Made by a program: the position numbers and the translations under genes
The notes under the pieces: model-generated
What the model saw: the letters and a program-made list of their open reading frames with translations, nothing else
The model's database searches: none
What the model was told of the DNA's origin: nothing
Virus record (IMG/VR): IMGVR_UViG_3300031787_000063
Coordinates: 15,718-79,717 of that record
Strand: one strand, 5' to 3'
Length of the DNA stretch: 64,000 bases
Source: a virus
Part shown: positions 8,929 to 18,939 of the stretch, one piece after another
Layout of the letters: every line of letters starts with the position of its first letter
How positions within the stretch are numbered: the first letter of the stretch is position 1

Positions 8929-11595
8929 TTAATATTCTGTTTCTAAATAAACTGAAGAAATATCAATACCTACAGCCGCTGCAGTACTACCAGTATTTCT
9001 CCATAATTGCCATGTCAACAATTGGTTCACTGCTGGTATGTTTGTATTAATTGATCCAGAAGAAGCTACTCCCAGTCGTATATTTCTAACTTCGTAAAAA
9101 ACTGTTGTGGAGTTAGGAGCTGCATACAAAATAAGATGATACATATCAGTTGCTACGGTTGGTGATTTTGTGAAATCTGTCCCTAGATCAATTTTTGTTG
9201 CTACCCCAGCCCCGTCATTAAACATTATTTGAAAGTTAGCATCAGTAGAATCATGACCCATGCCGATAATATTTGTAAGTATACTAGGCTCACCAGCGGA
9301 GGGAAGAGTTAATGTTGAAGAAGTCAAACCTACAAAAGTACGAGCAGTGGGAACTAAAGCCGCATCACTAATTCCAAACCTTGTTTGAAAAAAGAATCCG
9401 CCAGCATTTGAAATATTGCTAAGACCTACCTGTAAAACTGCTGATCTTAGACCAGAGGATGAGCTTATTGCAGCAGCAGAAACAAATCCTATTCTTTTTT
9501 GCCAAGTAAACGAGTTTGTTGTTGCTATAGTTCTTGCTGTAGCTGTTCCAGTAGCAGTTGGAGCTATTTGTCCAATAACAGTAGAAGTGTTAGCGTTAGC
9601 GTTTGGAAGCCATAAAGATATGTTAGATTGACCGATGTGTGGTTGGAAAGGATATGCTCTTCCATCTTTGTTAATTTGTCCCATCATCTGTCTACCGCCA
9701 AAAGACTCAGAGTAAAGTGTTGCACCGGAAGCAGGAGCAGACGGTTGGGAAATTTCATCAAAAGTTAAACTAGATTCATTCCCTGTATGAGTAGAACGAG
9801 TTCTAAGATCGGCAGCACTAACATTATCCACGTCAGATAACCCAACTGCAGTCTTATCTAATGTTTGAAAAGTTTTATCGCCTCTGTAATATTGAGAAGC
9901 TGTACCTGCAGTGATTGTAGGTTCTTTTTCATTTAGTTGAGTTTGAATAGATGAAGTGGCATCAAGATAACCCAAAGTAGTTGTTGTAACGCTTGAGTTA
10001 GTAATTTTTCCACTTGAATCAGATGTTACGACGCTAGAAGGAGTTAAATCAATAGATACAACAGAAGATGCCGCCCCCGTAATTGTATCTTGTTTTTCAT
10101 TAATTTGTTGCTGAATTGTTGTTGCAGTATTAATTCCCTCAAGCGTAGCAAACTCTGCATTAGATACAACTCCGCCATCAATTTTAGCAGCATCAATAGT
10201 TACTGATTGAACTGCAGTTGTAAAGTCTGAAATTGTAGAAGCAAGCTGTGTACCAGTATGAGTTGAACGATCTCTAAGACTAGCTGCGGATATATTATCT
10301 ACATCCCCTAAACCAACTTGAGCTTTTGTAACGCTGTGGGGATTATTAGTTAAATTTGCATGTGCATCTACTTTAGCCTGAACTTCAGTAGAAGTTTCAT
10401 ATTGAGGATGCGGATCTAAAGCTTCAACGTGATTTGTCATTGTTGAAGATACAGAAGTGTAAATATTTTCTAATGCACTCTGTACGTTTGTTGCAGAAGC
10501 CACAGATGAAGTTAGAGATATGTCTTCAGAAGTGAGAACTATGTCTCCTTGGAATCCATTTACGGAAACAACTAAGCTTCCACCCGGAGATCTCTGCCAT
10601 TCAAGAGATTCAGATAGAATAACATCATCTCCAGCATAGAATACAATATCTCCAGCTCCAAAATTTACCGTACCTGCTGCAGAAACACGATAAATATGTC
10701 CAGCATCTGTAGTAGGATTTGATGGTCCATTTTGTAAGGTTGGAGTGTTAGTAGACGCATCCCAAGTTCCTTTATATTCAAGAACATTTCCGGGTAACAT
10801 ACTATTAGGAATTTTTCCAGAAATATCTAAAGTAGCCAGACCTCCTGCGACTCCATAATCATTTTCTATATCTGTAACTCTGTTTCCAATAGATATTCTA
10901 GCCGCTTCTTCAGAAGCTAAAGCATCATGAACTGCATCAACGCTTGGAGCATGAGTTGTGTCGTTATTTACAATAGATTGAGAAATTACTGCAGATTGAG
11001 CCGCAGACTCAAAATCGCTAATGGTAGAAGCTAATTGAGTTCCAGTATGATTAGAACGTAATGTAGCATCTACATTTGGAACTGAAGATAATCCTACTTG
11101 AGCTTTAGTAACACTGTGAGGATTTGAAGTGTCGCTAATATGCGATTGAATATTTGAATTTTTTGGCTCAAAATTAAGATCTGACTCTCCTTTAGTGTAT
11201 ACGTCTGCAGAGTTGGCTTTTAAGTTTAAAGCATCTTGAGTTGCTATACTAATGGGTTTATTGGCATCGCTAGTATTATCTACTTCAGATAAACCTACTT
11301 GTGATTTTGTAACTTGGTGTGGATTTGCTAAATCTGTTATGTGAGATTGTAAATCAGCATCGTCTGCTTTTAGATCTAGAGCAGTTTGAGTTGCATTTGA
11401 AATAGGTTTATTTACATCAGATGTATTATCTACATTAGATAAACCGACATCTGATCTGGTAAGATTTAACGAATTTTTTAATCCACTGACTTTTATTTTT
11501 TTAGTTTCAGGAACTGCTAAATCAACTATAGGAAGAACATCATTTTCTGTAGCTGTTGTTAATTCAATAAGTTCTGTAATTTTTTTATTTGCCAT
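8929..11595 (-). CDS. Tail fibre-like protein
   Basis: 888 aa; repeated NPHxVTKxQVGL, VDNTSDxNKPIS and RSTHTG(T)Q fibre motifs; YKGTWDA motif; lectin-like C-terminus. Confidence 0.8.
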   Translation of the reverse strand: MANKKITELIELTTATENDVLPIVDLAVPETKKIKVSGLKNSLNLTRSDVGLSNVDNTSDVNKPISNATQTALDLKADDADLQSHITDLANPHQVTKSQVGLSEVDNTSDANKPISIATQDALNLKANSADVYTKGESDLNFEPKNSNIQSHISDTSNPHSVTKAQVGLSSVPNVDATLRSNHTGTQLASTISDFESAAQSAVISQSIVNNDTTHAPSVDAVHDALASEEAARISIGNRVTDIENDYGVAGGLATLDISGKIPNSMLPGNVLEYKGTWDASTNTPTLQNGPSNPTTDAGHIYRVSAAGTVNFGAGDIVFYAGDDVILSESLEWQRSPGGSLVVSVNGFQGDIVLTSEDISLTSSVASATNVQSALENIYTSVSSTMTNHVEALDPHPQYETSTEVQAKVDAHANLTNNPHSVTKAQVGLGDVDNISAASLRDRSTHTGTQLASTISDFTTAVQSVTIDAAKIDGGVVSNAEFATLEGINTATTIQQQINEKQDTITGAASSVVSIDLTPSSVVTSDSSGKITNSSVTTTTLGYLDATSSIQTQLNEKEPTITAGTASQYYRGDKTFQTLDKTAVGLSDVDNVSAADLRTRSTHTGNESSLTFDEISQPSAPASGATLYSESFGGRQMMGQINKDGRAYPFQPHIGQSNISLWLPNANANTSTVIGQIAPTATGTATARTIATTNSFTWQKRIGFVSAAAISSSSGLRSAVLQVGLSNISNAGGFFFQTRFGISDAALVPTARTFVGLTSSTLTLPSAGEPSILTNIIGMGHDSTDANFQIMFNDGAGVATKIDLGTDFTKSPTVATDMYHLILYAAPNSTTVFYEVRNIRLGVASSGSINTNIPAVNQLLTWQLWRNTGSTAAAVGIDISSVYLETEY

Positions 11596-11605
11596 ATTTC
11601 TCTCT

Positions 11606-11821
11606 TTATTCGGGTTCTAGAATGTTGTTATCTTCCGTAATAAGTGCATGTCCATTTTCAGTTAGAATTAGAGTTGGAGTAAAAAATTCAATTCCTCCTA
11701 GTGTAACTCCATCTCCTCCGAAAAACTTTTTTAAATCAGTGTCAAAAACTATTTCCGCTTCTTCTAATAATAAGTTTTCTCGCAATGCTGTTGCTATACG
11801 GGGTACTTTTAAAATTGCCAC
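11606..11821 (-). CDS. Small fibre-associated protein
   Basis: 71 aa; EIVFDTDLKKFFGGDG knob-like motif and C-terminal LILTENGHALITED. Confidence 0.6.
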   Translation of the reverse strand: MAILKVPRIATALRENLLLEEAEIVFDTDLKKFFGGDGVTLGGIEFFTPTLILTENGHALITEDNNILEPE

Positions 11822-12027
11822 TAAGCCACCTCAAAAACTACAAGTCTGTCACCCCAATCTAATAAAGATCCAGTGTTTTCTCTTAATCCCGCATCAATAT
11901 CAAGGTCGTTTACTTGAGATTGATTAAAATCTATTATAGCAGATCCATAAGCTTGTGGTGTTACTTTTACAAATTGAAATTCTCCAGTTAAAGGATTAAA
12001 AACCAATTTTATATTTGCACAACACAT
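11821..12027 (-). CDS. Small hypothetical virion protein
   Basis: 68 aa with FNPLTGEF motif, coupled to neighbours. Confidence 0.5.
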   Translation of the reverse strand: MCCANIKLVFNPLTGEFQFVKVTPQAYGSAIIDFNQSQVNDLDIDAGLRENTGSLLDWGDRLVVFEVA

Positions 12028-12028
12028 A

Positions 12029-13015
12029 CTAAACCTTTTCTACTGAAACTATAGTGTTATTGGAATCGTAACCTATAACTACAGTAGCTAAGTGCTCTCT
12101 GTCTAATCCCTCGTTCTCTACTAATATAAAAACATCAGAGGTTCCGGAGGAAGCAGACGTTGTAACCCCTATAGTCTTATTACGAACATACAAGGAGTCT
12201 CCATTTATATTTGTTATAAATTTATTAGTGGCATCTAAAACTACTTTTGTCGCCTGTGCTATAGAATTCCCACTAGAACCTGTTGAAATTGCTACCATTA
12301 GTCCAACTTTCCCAGCTACTAAAGGATCAACTCCTGCACCATTTACATTATACCACACATAATATTTATCTACGTCATTTGCTGAATTTATTAAAAAATA
12401 CTTACTATTTAAATTATTAGAGTCTTTTCCGCTAGTATTTTTAGTGTATATTCCTGAATTAAAATCGTAGGAATTAGTTTTTATTCCTACTGTAGAGCTT
12501 GAAATTATAACATAAGTCATTGAATATACTGCTAAAAAATTAGAATCCATAGATATAGCTAGGGCTATTTTTTGAGCCATCAAAGACGTACTGTGACTTG
12601 ATAGTAAGTTTATTGCGATATCTCTGTAAACCCCCGGTACAGAAGGTGGAGTATTATTAAAATCAACATTAAACCATACTAAAACAGCTCCAATTTCATC
12701 GTATACTACAAAACCTTTTCCAGCCAAAGAAGCTGGGGTTTTATTATTTAAATTTATAGTTGTTTTATGAGCTGTACCAACTGAATCGGCATTAAATATA
12801 AACCGTGTTTTTTCATAGCATCCTTTAGAGTAGTAGTCAACTTGACTTATTAATTTGCAACCATTTGGTCCATCAATGTAGGACATTTCGAATTTACCAA
12901 AGTTAGCAGGAAGAAAGCTGTTAACATTAATAACATTAAAAGCCTGCTCTGCTTCATCGTGAGCAGAGGTAATTGCATTTGTATAGTCTAGTGAAGTTTT
13001 GCTTTTATCGGACAC
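12029..13015 (-). CDS. Hypothetical structural protein with internal duplicated domain
   Basis: Two related halves (LAGKGF...VWFNV...P...IAI and LNSKYF...VWYNV...P...VAI). Confidence 0.6.
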   Translation of the reverse strand: MSDKSKTSLDYTNAITSAHDEAEQAFNVINVNSFLPANFGKFEMSYIDGPNGCKLISQVDYYSKGCYEKTRFIFNADSVGTAHKTTINLNNKTPASLAGKGFVVYDEIGAVLVWFNVDFNNTPPSVPGVYRDIAINLLSSHSTSLMAQKIALAISMDSNFLAVYSMTYVIISSSTVGIKTNSYDFNSGIYTKNTSGKDSNNLNSKYFLINSANDVDKYYVWYNVNGAGVDPLVAGKVGLMVAISTGSSGNSIAQATKVVLDATNKFITNINGDSLYVRNKTIGVTTSASSGTSDVFILVENEGLDREHLATVVIGYDSNNTIVSVEKV

Positions 13016-13272
13016 TACTTCCTCATTTTGCTAGATAGCGATCTCCCAAAATACAAAGAAGCACAAATAATCAATAATTCCAAGCTATTGTCAACATCCA
13101 CACCTTCTACTATTTTAGCAAATTTATTTATTAAAGAAAATAAACTTACTATAAATGAAATTAATAGTAAAGTAAGAGAAACGCTAGGAAGTTTGCGAAT
13201 TGGATCTCTGACGAATATCAGAGGAATTCCTTCTTTTTGTAGTTTAGAAATCAATATTTTAATTTTATCCAT
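13015..13272 (-). CDS. Two-TM membrane protein, holin candidate
   Basis: 85 aa, two hydrophobic segments, LYFGR and basic C-terminus. Confidence 0.5.
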   Translation of the reverse strand: MDKIKILISKLQKEGIPLIFVRDPIRKLPSVSLTLLLISFIVSLFSLINKFAKIVEGVDVDNSLELLIICASLYFGRSLSSKMRK

Positions 13273-13273
13273 C

Positions 13274-13546
13274 TTATTTTTCGCCTATTTTTTTACTTCT
13301 ACCCCAAAGATCTCGACATGCCCAATATTGAGCACTTAATTTACTTTTCTTTTCATCACAAGAATGTCTTGCTCGAAATGATTTTTTAGCTTCCTTAGAG
13401 TAGTTGTGCTTATATCCATCAGCTCCGTAGTGTACAATTTTTTCTTGACCATTTTCACAAGCTTTCACCATCTTTTTTTTACCGGGACGAGTGGAAGATC
13501 TTGGAGAATTGCAGGATAATGTATCTCTTAATTTTTTAAATTTCAC
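13274..13546 (-). CDS. Small basic conserved phage protein (FRARH-x-C / YWAC-x2-LW type)
   Basis: KIVHYGADGY...KSFRARHSC...SAQYWACRDLW. Confidence 0.65.
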   Translation of the reverse strand: MKFKKLRDTLSCNSPRSSTRPGKKKMVKACENGQEKIVHYGADGYKHNYSKEAKKSFRARHSCDEKKSKLSAQYWACRDLWGRSKKIGEK

Positions 13547-13794
13547 GTTAGCCTACTTCTTAATTTTTTAAATCTAAGTTTTCCGTATTGTCTGCCTTCT
13601 CTAGTAGCTTTGTTTTTATCAGCCACGGCTCTTTTTTTTTGAGAAGGACTCAGTTCTTTCCAAGTTTTAGGAGTGTCTGCTGTAATTTTTTTAGAAGGTC
13701 TACATTTTGGAACGGTTTTTAACTTACCAGAACCGCACTCGTTTCCTTTTTGATCAGTCCATTTTTCAGCAAACCATCTTTTAAGCCCTTTCAT
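13543..13794 (-). CDS. Small basic conserved phage protein (LKRWFxEKW type)
   Basis: Start reassigned to ATG 13794 (ATGA overlap with upstream ORF); MKGLKRWFAEKW...CG...PKCRPSKKI...TPKT. Confidence 0.65.
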   Translation of the reverse strand: MKGLKRWFAEKWTDQKGNECGSGKLKTVPKCRPSKKITADTPKTWKELSPSQKKRAVADKNKATREGRQYGKLRFKKLRSRLT

Positions 13795-13928
13795 CTGTAT
13801 TTGCCGCCACGCTTTTTGTATTCTTTTACTATCCAAGCAGAAGCGTAAGCAGAAGGAAATACTCGAAACTTTTTTTTAGCCTCGACTTTCACTCTTGCAT
13901 ATAACTTAGAATCAGAAGGAGTATTCAT
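13791..13928 (-). CDS. 45-aa basic protein (PSAYAS...YKKRGG type)
   Basis: Below track cut-off; MNTPSDSKLYARVKVEAKKKFRVFPSAYASAWIVKEYKKRGGKYR*. Confidence 0.7.
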   Translation of the reverse strand: MNTPSDSKLYARVKVEAKKKFRVFPSAYASAWIVKEYKKRGGKYR

Positions 13929-13930
13929 AT

Positions 13931-14155
13931 TTATTTAATAATTCCTCTTTTTCTTCTAGCCTCTTCTTCCTTCTTTCTAAGTTCCTCGGAAGTTCTCTGT
14001 GCTCCTCTCATAGCAGGATCTTGTGGTCCACTAGAAGAAAGAGTGCTTCTTAATCTAGAAAAAAAACCGGGTTGATTTTTTTCTAATTCTTTCCGCTTTT
14101 TTTCTTCTTCCATTTTTCTTTTTAATTCTAGTCCTCTTTGTATAACATCTGCCAT
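13931..14155 (-). CDS. Small charged hypothetical protein
   Basis: ATG 14155 after AAGGAG RBS. Confidence 0.6.
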   Translation of the reverse strand: MADVIQRGLELKRKMEEEKKRKELEKNQPGFFSRLRSTLSSSGPQDPAMRGAQRTSEELRKKEEEARRKRGIIK

Positions 14156-14157
14156 AA

Positions 14158-14334
14158 TCACTCCTTACAATTACATCCTAATTTTTCTTTAAGTTTAGCA
14201 TATCTTTTTTTACCTTTATTAGATTTCGTGTATTCAGCCGCTACTTTTGGTTCAATCCCTACTTTTTTAGCAAATTCTGGATTTGTCTCGGCTGCTTTCA
14301 TAAATCTAAACTGTGCTTTACTTTTTGCTGGCAT
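14158..14334 (-). CDS. 58-aa basic protein (MPxKSxAQxRFM type)
   Basis: Below track cut-off; MPAKSKAQFRFMKAAETNPEFAKKVGIEPKVAAEY...; AAGGA RBS. Confidence 0.7.
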   Translation of the reverse strand: MPAKSKAQFRFMKAAETNPEFAKKVGIEPKVAAEYTKSNKGKKRYAKLKEKLGCNCKE

Positions 14335-14343
14335 TGGTTATCC

Positions 14344-17300
14344 TTACGGAGTTATTGTTTGTTTAACTACCCAAATCCCACTTTCTCTTCTTTCTGTAAC
14401 TAAATTAGATCCACTAGGACGAATTCTGTAAGTTCCATCTGTATTAGGATCTCCAAAATAAAATTCAGATGTTCTAGTGATTTTATTATTATCCATATTA
14501 AGTTCTGGAGCTTGTATAGTTACTGATCCTCTTGTTCCAGTTCCTGCTGCGTTTCCAGTTTGGATAAAAATATTACCACTATTAGCCGCAGTTCCTGTTC
14601 CTTTTATAAATGCGTCTCTTGTTTTGACAAAAACACTCCCAGAACTTATTTGTAAGTTACTTGCCGGATCATTATAGTTTGAATTTGATTGTGATTCTAA
14701 AAAAACATCTCCTGCTGTAAAAGTTCCATCCACTGTACCTTCAACTGCCGATCCTTGAAATCCAATTCCCCCAGAACTAGCACCTTTAGAAGTACCAGCT
14801 TTTACCATTGCAAAATTCCCAAGATTATTGGTTACGTTTACAACTATTTCAGGATATCCAGATCCTAAAGTAGACAGAAAGATCTGTTCGGTGCTGGAAC
14901 TATTTCTGATATTAATACCTCTAATACAATTTAATCCGAAATCATTAACAGTTAGCATTCCAAAATTACTTGTAGTGCTTATGTACGTATTATTTGCTCT
15001 TAGTCTAATATCTCCTCTAGTTCCACTTGTTACTGTTCCTGTCTCAATATCAATTGAACCAGAATTTCCAGAACCCGGTACGTTACCCGTTTGTAGTCTG
15101 GTGCTACCAGTAGAGCCAGAAGAACTTGCATTTAAAATTCTACCAGATCCAAAGATTGTACCTCCAGTATTCCCTCCAGTTGTGGAATCATTACGTCCTG
15201 ATAAAACAATAACTTGTCCAGTGGTGGCGGCTGTTGAAGTAGATATGGCAATACCAGATGCAACAAATATCCCACCTGTCCCGTTTAGTGCCGTACCTGA
15301 AATGATATCAATATATCCAGAGGAGCCACCATTTGCGTTTCCACTATACACCCTAGTTGGACCACTATTTCCAGAAGTATTTGGTGTTCCAGTTGTAATA
15401 ACTATTTGTCCAGTATTTGCTTGAGATGTAAACCCTGTTTGAATAGCTACAGCTTTAGAAGCAACTGTTGGAGTTGATACTTTATCTGCAGATGCTACAT
15501 ATAAATCTTCTGAATTTGTAACTGGAGGTTGGACAAATATAAATCCAGCTCCGTATGGATGTCCTATTTGTAAACCATCAATAAGGGTTGTTCCATTTAA
15601 TGTTGCGGCATTTCCTGAACTTGGAGTTATTTCCAGAGTTCCTGTCATGGTATCGCCAGATTTACTGACTTTATTAGACAATGCAGTAGAAGTAGCTGTC
15701 GAAATAGGTTTATCTGCATCGCTCGTATTATCTACATTAGAAAGTCCTAAATCTGTTTTACTTAATACAACAGTCCCTGTTTGATCATTTACAGAAGTAA
15801 CTCCAGCAGCTAGATTTAATACAACAGTCCCTGTTTGACCATTTACGGAAGTAACTCCCACTCCAGCAGCTACAGTAGCATCTACATAAGTTTTAACAGC
15901 TTTTTGAGTAGGATATAGAGTATCTGATGTACCTAAACCAGTGTCAGTACTTTTGTTAGAAATATTCTCAGCAGTAAATCCTAAAGAATTTTGCTTAGCG
16001 TCTAAAGCTGATTGAAGATCTGTTTGGAGTGCTAGAGTTCCGCCAATATCTCCCCAAGATGTGGATAGTATTACGTCTCCAACTTGACCATTTACAGATG
16101 AAACAGCTCCTCCAGCCCCTCCTTGAATATCAACAGTTACATTTCCATTAACATCAGAACTAGCAGTTACACTACTTCCTGTGAAGTTAATAGAAGCTAC
16201 TGCTGCCGTTATTTGAGTTCCTTCATCTTTTATAATTAAAGAAGATCCACCTCCTCCAATTACTAAGTCTCCAGATCCTAAGACAGAATTCCCATTAATA
16301 GTTTTAATGTTTGTTCCAGATACAAGAGTATCCTGTTTTCCAGAAAGTGCAGTAGAAGTGGCTGTAGATATTGGTTTATTTAAATCAGAAGTGTTATCTA
16401 CATTAGAAAGACCAACATCTGATTTTGTTAAAGTTTTATTTTTCCAAAGTGATGTGGAATTTTCATAAGCAATAACTTGAGCATCCGCAATGCCATTTAT
16501 TGACACATTGTGTAGTTCTTGTAATTCGTATCCATTTTGTATACTTACTTGAATTACCCCCACATTTTGATGCTTTCTAATTAAGTATCCAATAAACACT
16601 GCATGATTTGGAGCGGAAGGTTTTACATTTGTAATTCCCCCAGCGACTGTAGGACTAAGCCATAAAGGATCTCCTTCTGCCCATCCAACAATATCTGTAT
16701 TTAAATTTTCTAATCTTCCTTGTTCTACAATAATACCATCGGTCATGTTTGCAATATCTGTTTGCACAAGACCGTATGTTTTACTAGAAGTCATTTCTGA
16801 ATTTGCTTGAGCTAATGCAATTCTTGGTCTGTCTCCTTGTACTCCGCTCAAGTATATAGCAGTCATTTTTGGAACAACAGATCCAGTAGCATTAAATGCA
16901 GTTGTGATCAATCTCTCTGCAGATGTTGAAGCAGGGGCTCCTGCCGCATCAATTGTTAAAGTATTAGCTAAATCATTATAAGTTAATGTAATGTTTGAAC
17001 CAGCTACTAAAAGAGAATTAACTCTATCATCAACGGCTTCGCTAAAATCAGTTACATCAGTTGCAACATGTGTGTGAACAGTGTTAGCTTTTCCAGATAA
17101 AGCAGTGGCTGTAGCAGTGGATATAGGTTTATCAGCATCGCTAGTATTGTCTACATTAGAAAGACCAATATCTGTTTTATCAAGTACAACGTCTCCAACT
17201 TTTGTGTTTACCGAAGTAACTGGAGCCGTTCCTCCTCCTGTAGAATTAATGGTTATAGTATTTGCATCAGATGACAAACTAACATTTGATCCAGCTACTA

Positions 17301-18921
17301 GGGATTTAAATTGTAAAGTTTGTTGGTCTTTACTATCATAAATACCTTGTCCAGAACCTAAGTTTAATGCACTTTCTACTTTATTTGACAAAGATGGAAC
17401 TGTAGGAGAATCTGCTGTACCTCCTAAATCTCCAGCTAGTTTAACTAATCCTTTTACAGTAGTACTAGCATCTGGAGCACCTGCAGAAACTGTAGCATCG
17501 ACGTATGTTTTCACAGCTTTTTGTGTTGGATAAAGAACGTCTGACACACCTAACAAAACATCTGTACTTTTATTAACAACATCTTCTGGAGTAAATCCTA
17601 AAGAGTCCTGTTTTCCAGAAAGAGCAGAGGATGTTGCAGTGCTTATAGGCTTATCAGCATCACTAGTATTGTCTACATTTGACAATCCAATGTCTGATTT
17701 ATCTAGTACCACATCTCCGACTTTTGTGTTTACCGAAGTAACGGCAGATGTGGGAACTTCTGCTAGAGTGATGTATCCGGCAGGATTTGAAGCATCATAT
17801 TTCAAATCAAGTTGTGATTTATTTACTGCATCTTTAGGATCATTTCCATTTTCAACAAATTTTATAGAGTTAAGACTTAATCCCCCAGATATTGTTTGAG
17901 GTATCTCGTTTATTTTAAAATCAACAGAAGTTGTACTTGAATCAAAAGTTATAATTCCAGCAATAGAGTCGTATGTGTATATTGTTCCTAAATAATCTAA
18001 CCCTCCAGTTAAAACTAGAGCTTGCATTTGTTTTGATACTACTCCCGTAAAAAGATCACTTGAAACACCTCCTCCTACATTTTCGCTTCCATTAACAGAA
18101 AGAAAAATAGGGACGAATGTTCCGGGAACTAAAGGGTCTGGATAAAAATCTTGAAGTACAATTGAAAGAGGAGCGTTTTGCCCCATATTCAATGTACCTG
18201 ACATTGTATCTCCAGATTTATTAACCTTATTTATTAAAGCTGGTACGGTTGGAGAATCTGCTGTACCTGACAAGTCTCCTATTAATTTAACTATTCCTTT
18301 AGTAGACGCAGTAGCATCATTTACTGAAGGGACTTCTGCTAGAGTAATATACCCAGCAGGGTTACTAGCGTCATATTTAGAGGCTAATCCCGGAACTGTA
18401 GGAGAATCTGCTGTTCCTCCTAAATCTCCCGTAAGTTTTAGTATGCCCTTTGTAGATGAGCTTGCATCTGGAATAGATCCAGCTCCAGTTGATTGCAAAT
18501 TAATTGTTTTTGTAGCGTTGTCTCCAGTAATTGTAATGGAGTTATCGCTAGAAATAAGAGATAAAGTTTCAATGTCAGTCAGTTGATCGCCAGCAGGAAC
18601 ATCTATCTGAATAGCAGACCCACTGGCTTCATTAAAAGACGAAGCAATTACCTTTATGGCTACATCAAGTGCATCTAATACAGTGCATTCTAATTTAACT
18701 TCTTCGTAAGAAGAAATGTTAATTTTTTCATTAGCAAGTCCAGTTATTTCTTTTAAAAGAACAAAGTCATCTTGTCCTATTAATCTGGCACTAACTTGTA
18801 ATATATTTGATGGACCAGCATCTTCTACGACTACTCGAAGAATATTTTCTCCATCAATATTAATGACGCTTACAACTCCTGTTTGAGCTACGAGTTGATT
18901 AACTTTGGCTTTTGTATCCAC
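14344..18921 (-). CDS. Long tail fibre protein
   Basis: 1525 aa, GTG start after AAGGAG; four NVDNTSDxxKPISTAT, three KG-x2-KLxGDLxGTADSPTVP and several VTSVNxxxGxV repeats; Gly/Ser/Thr-rich beta-solenoid-like C-terminus. Confidence 0.8.
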   Translation of the reverse strand: MDTKAKVNQLVAQTGVVSVINIDGENILRVVVEDAGPSNILQVSARLIGQDDFVLLKEITGLANEKINISSYEEVKLECTVLDALDVAIKVIASSFNEASGSAIQIDVPAGDQLTDIETLSLISSDNSITITGDNATKTINLQSTGAGSIPDASSSTKGILKLTGDLGGTADSPTVPGLASKYDASNPAGYITLAEVPSVNDATASTKGIVKLIGDLSGTADSPTVPALINKVNKSGDTMSGTLNMGQNAPLSIVLQDFYPDPLVPGTFVPIFLSVNGSENVGGGVSSDLFTGVVSKQMQALVLTGGLDYLGTIYTYDSIAGIITFDSSTTSVDFKINEIPQTISGGLSLNSIKFVENGNDPKDAVNKSQLDLKYDASNPAGYITLAEVPTSAVTSVNTKVGDVVLDKSDIGLSNVDNTSDADKPISTATSSALSGKQDSLGFTPEDVVNKSTDVLLGVSDVLYPTQKAVKTYVDATVSAGAPDASTTVKGLVKLAGDLGGTADSPTVPSLSNKVESALNLGSGQGIYDSKDQQTLQFKSLVAGSNVSLSSDANTITINSTGGGTAPVTSVNTKVGDVVLDKTDIGLSNVDNTSDADKPISTATATALSGKANTVHTHVATDVTDFSEAVDDRVNSLLVAGSNITLTYNDLANTLTIDAAGAPASTSAERLITTAFNATGSVVPKMTAIYLSGVQGDRPRIALAQANSEMTSSKTYGLVQTDIANMTDGIIVEQGRLENLNTDIVGWAEGDPLWLSPTVAGGITNVKPSAPNHAVFIGYLIRKHQNVGVIQVSIQNGYELQELHNVSINGIADAQVIAYENSTSLWKNKTLTKSDVGLSNVDNTSDLNKPISTATSTALSGKQDTLVSGTNIKTINGNSVLGSGDLVIGGGGSSLIIKDEGTQITAAVASINFTGSSVTASSDVNGNVTVDIQGGAGGAVSSVNGQVGDVILSTSWGDIGGTLALQTDLQSALDAKQNSLGFTAENISNKSTDTGLGTSDTLYPTQKAVKTYVDATVAAGVGVTSVNGQTGTVVLNLAAGVTSVNDQTGTVVLSKTDLGLSNVDNTSDADKPISTATSTALSNKVSKSGDTMTGTLEITPSSGNAATLNGTTLIDGLQIGHPYGAGFIFVQPPVTNSEDLYVASADKVSTPTVASKAVAIQTGFTSQANTGQIVITTGTPNTSGNSGPTRVYSGNANGGSSGYIDIISGTALNGTGGIFVASGIAISTSTAATTGQVIVLSGRNDSTTGGNTGGTIFGSGRILNASSSGSTGSTRLQTGNVPGSGNSGSIDIETGTVTSGTRGDIRLRANNTYISTTSNFGMLTVNDFGLNCIRGINIRNSSSTEQIFLSTLGSGYPEIVVNVTNNLGNFAMVKAGTSKGASSGGIGFQGSAVEGTVDGTFTAGDVFLESQSNSNYNDPASNLQISSGSVFVKTRDAFIKGTGTAANSGNIFIQTGNAAGTGTRGSVTIQAPELNMDNNKITRTSEFYFGDPNTDGTYRIRPSGSNLVTERRESGIWVVKQTITP

Positions 18922-18939
18922 GATACTCTCCTTATACTA

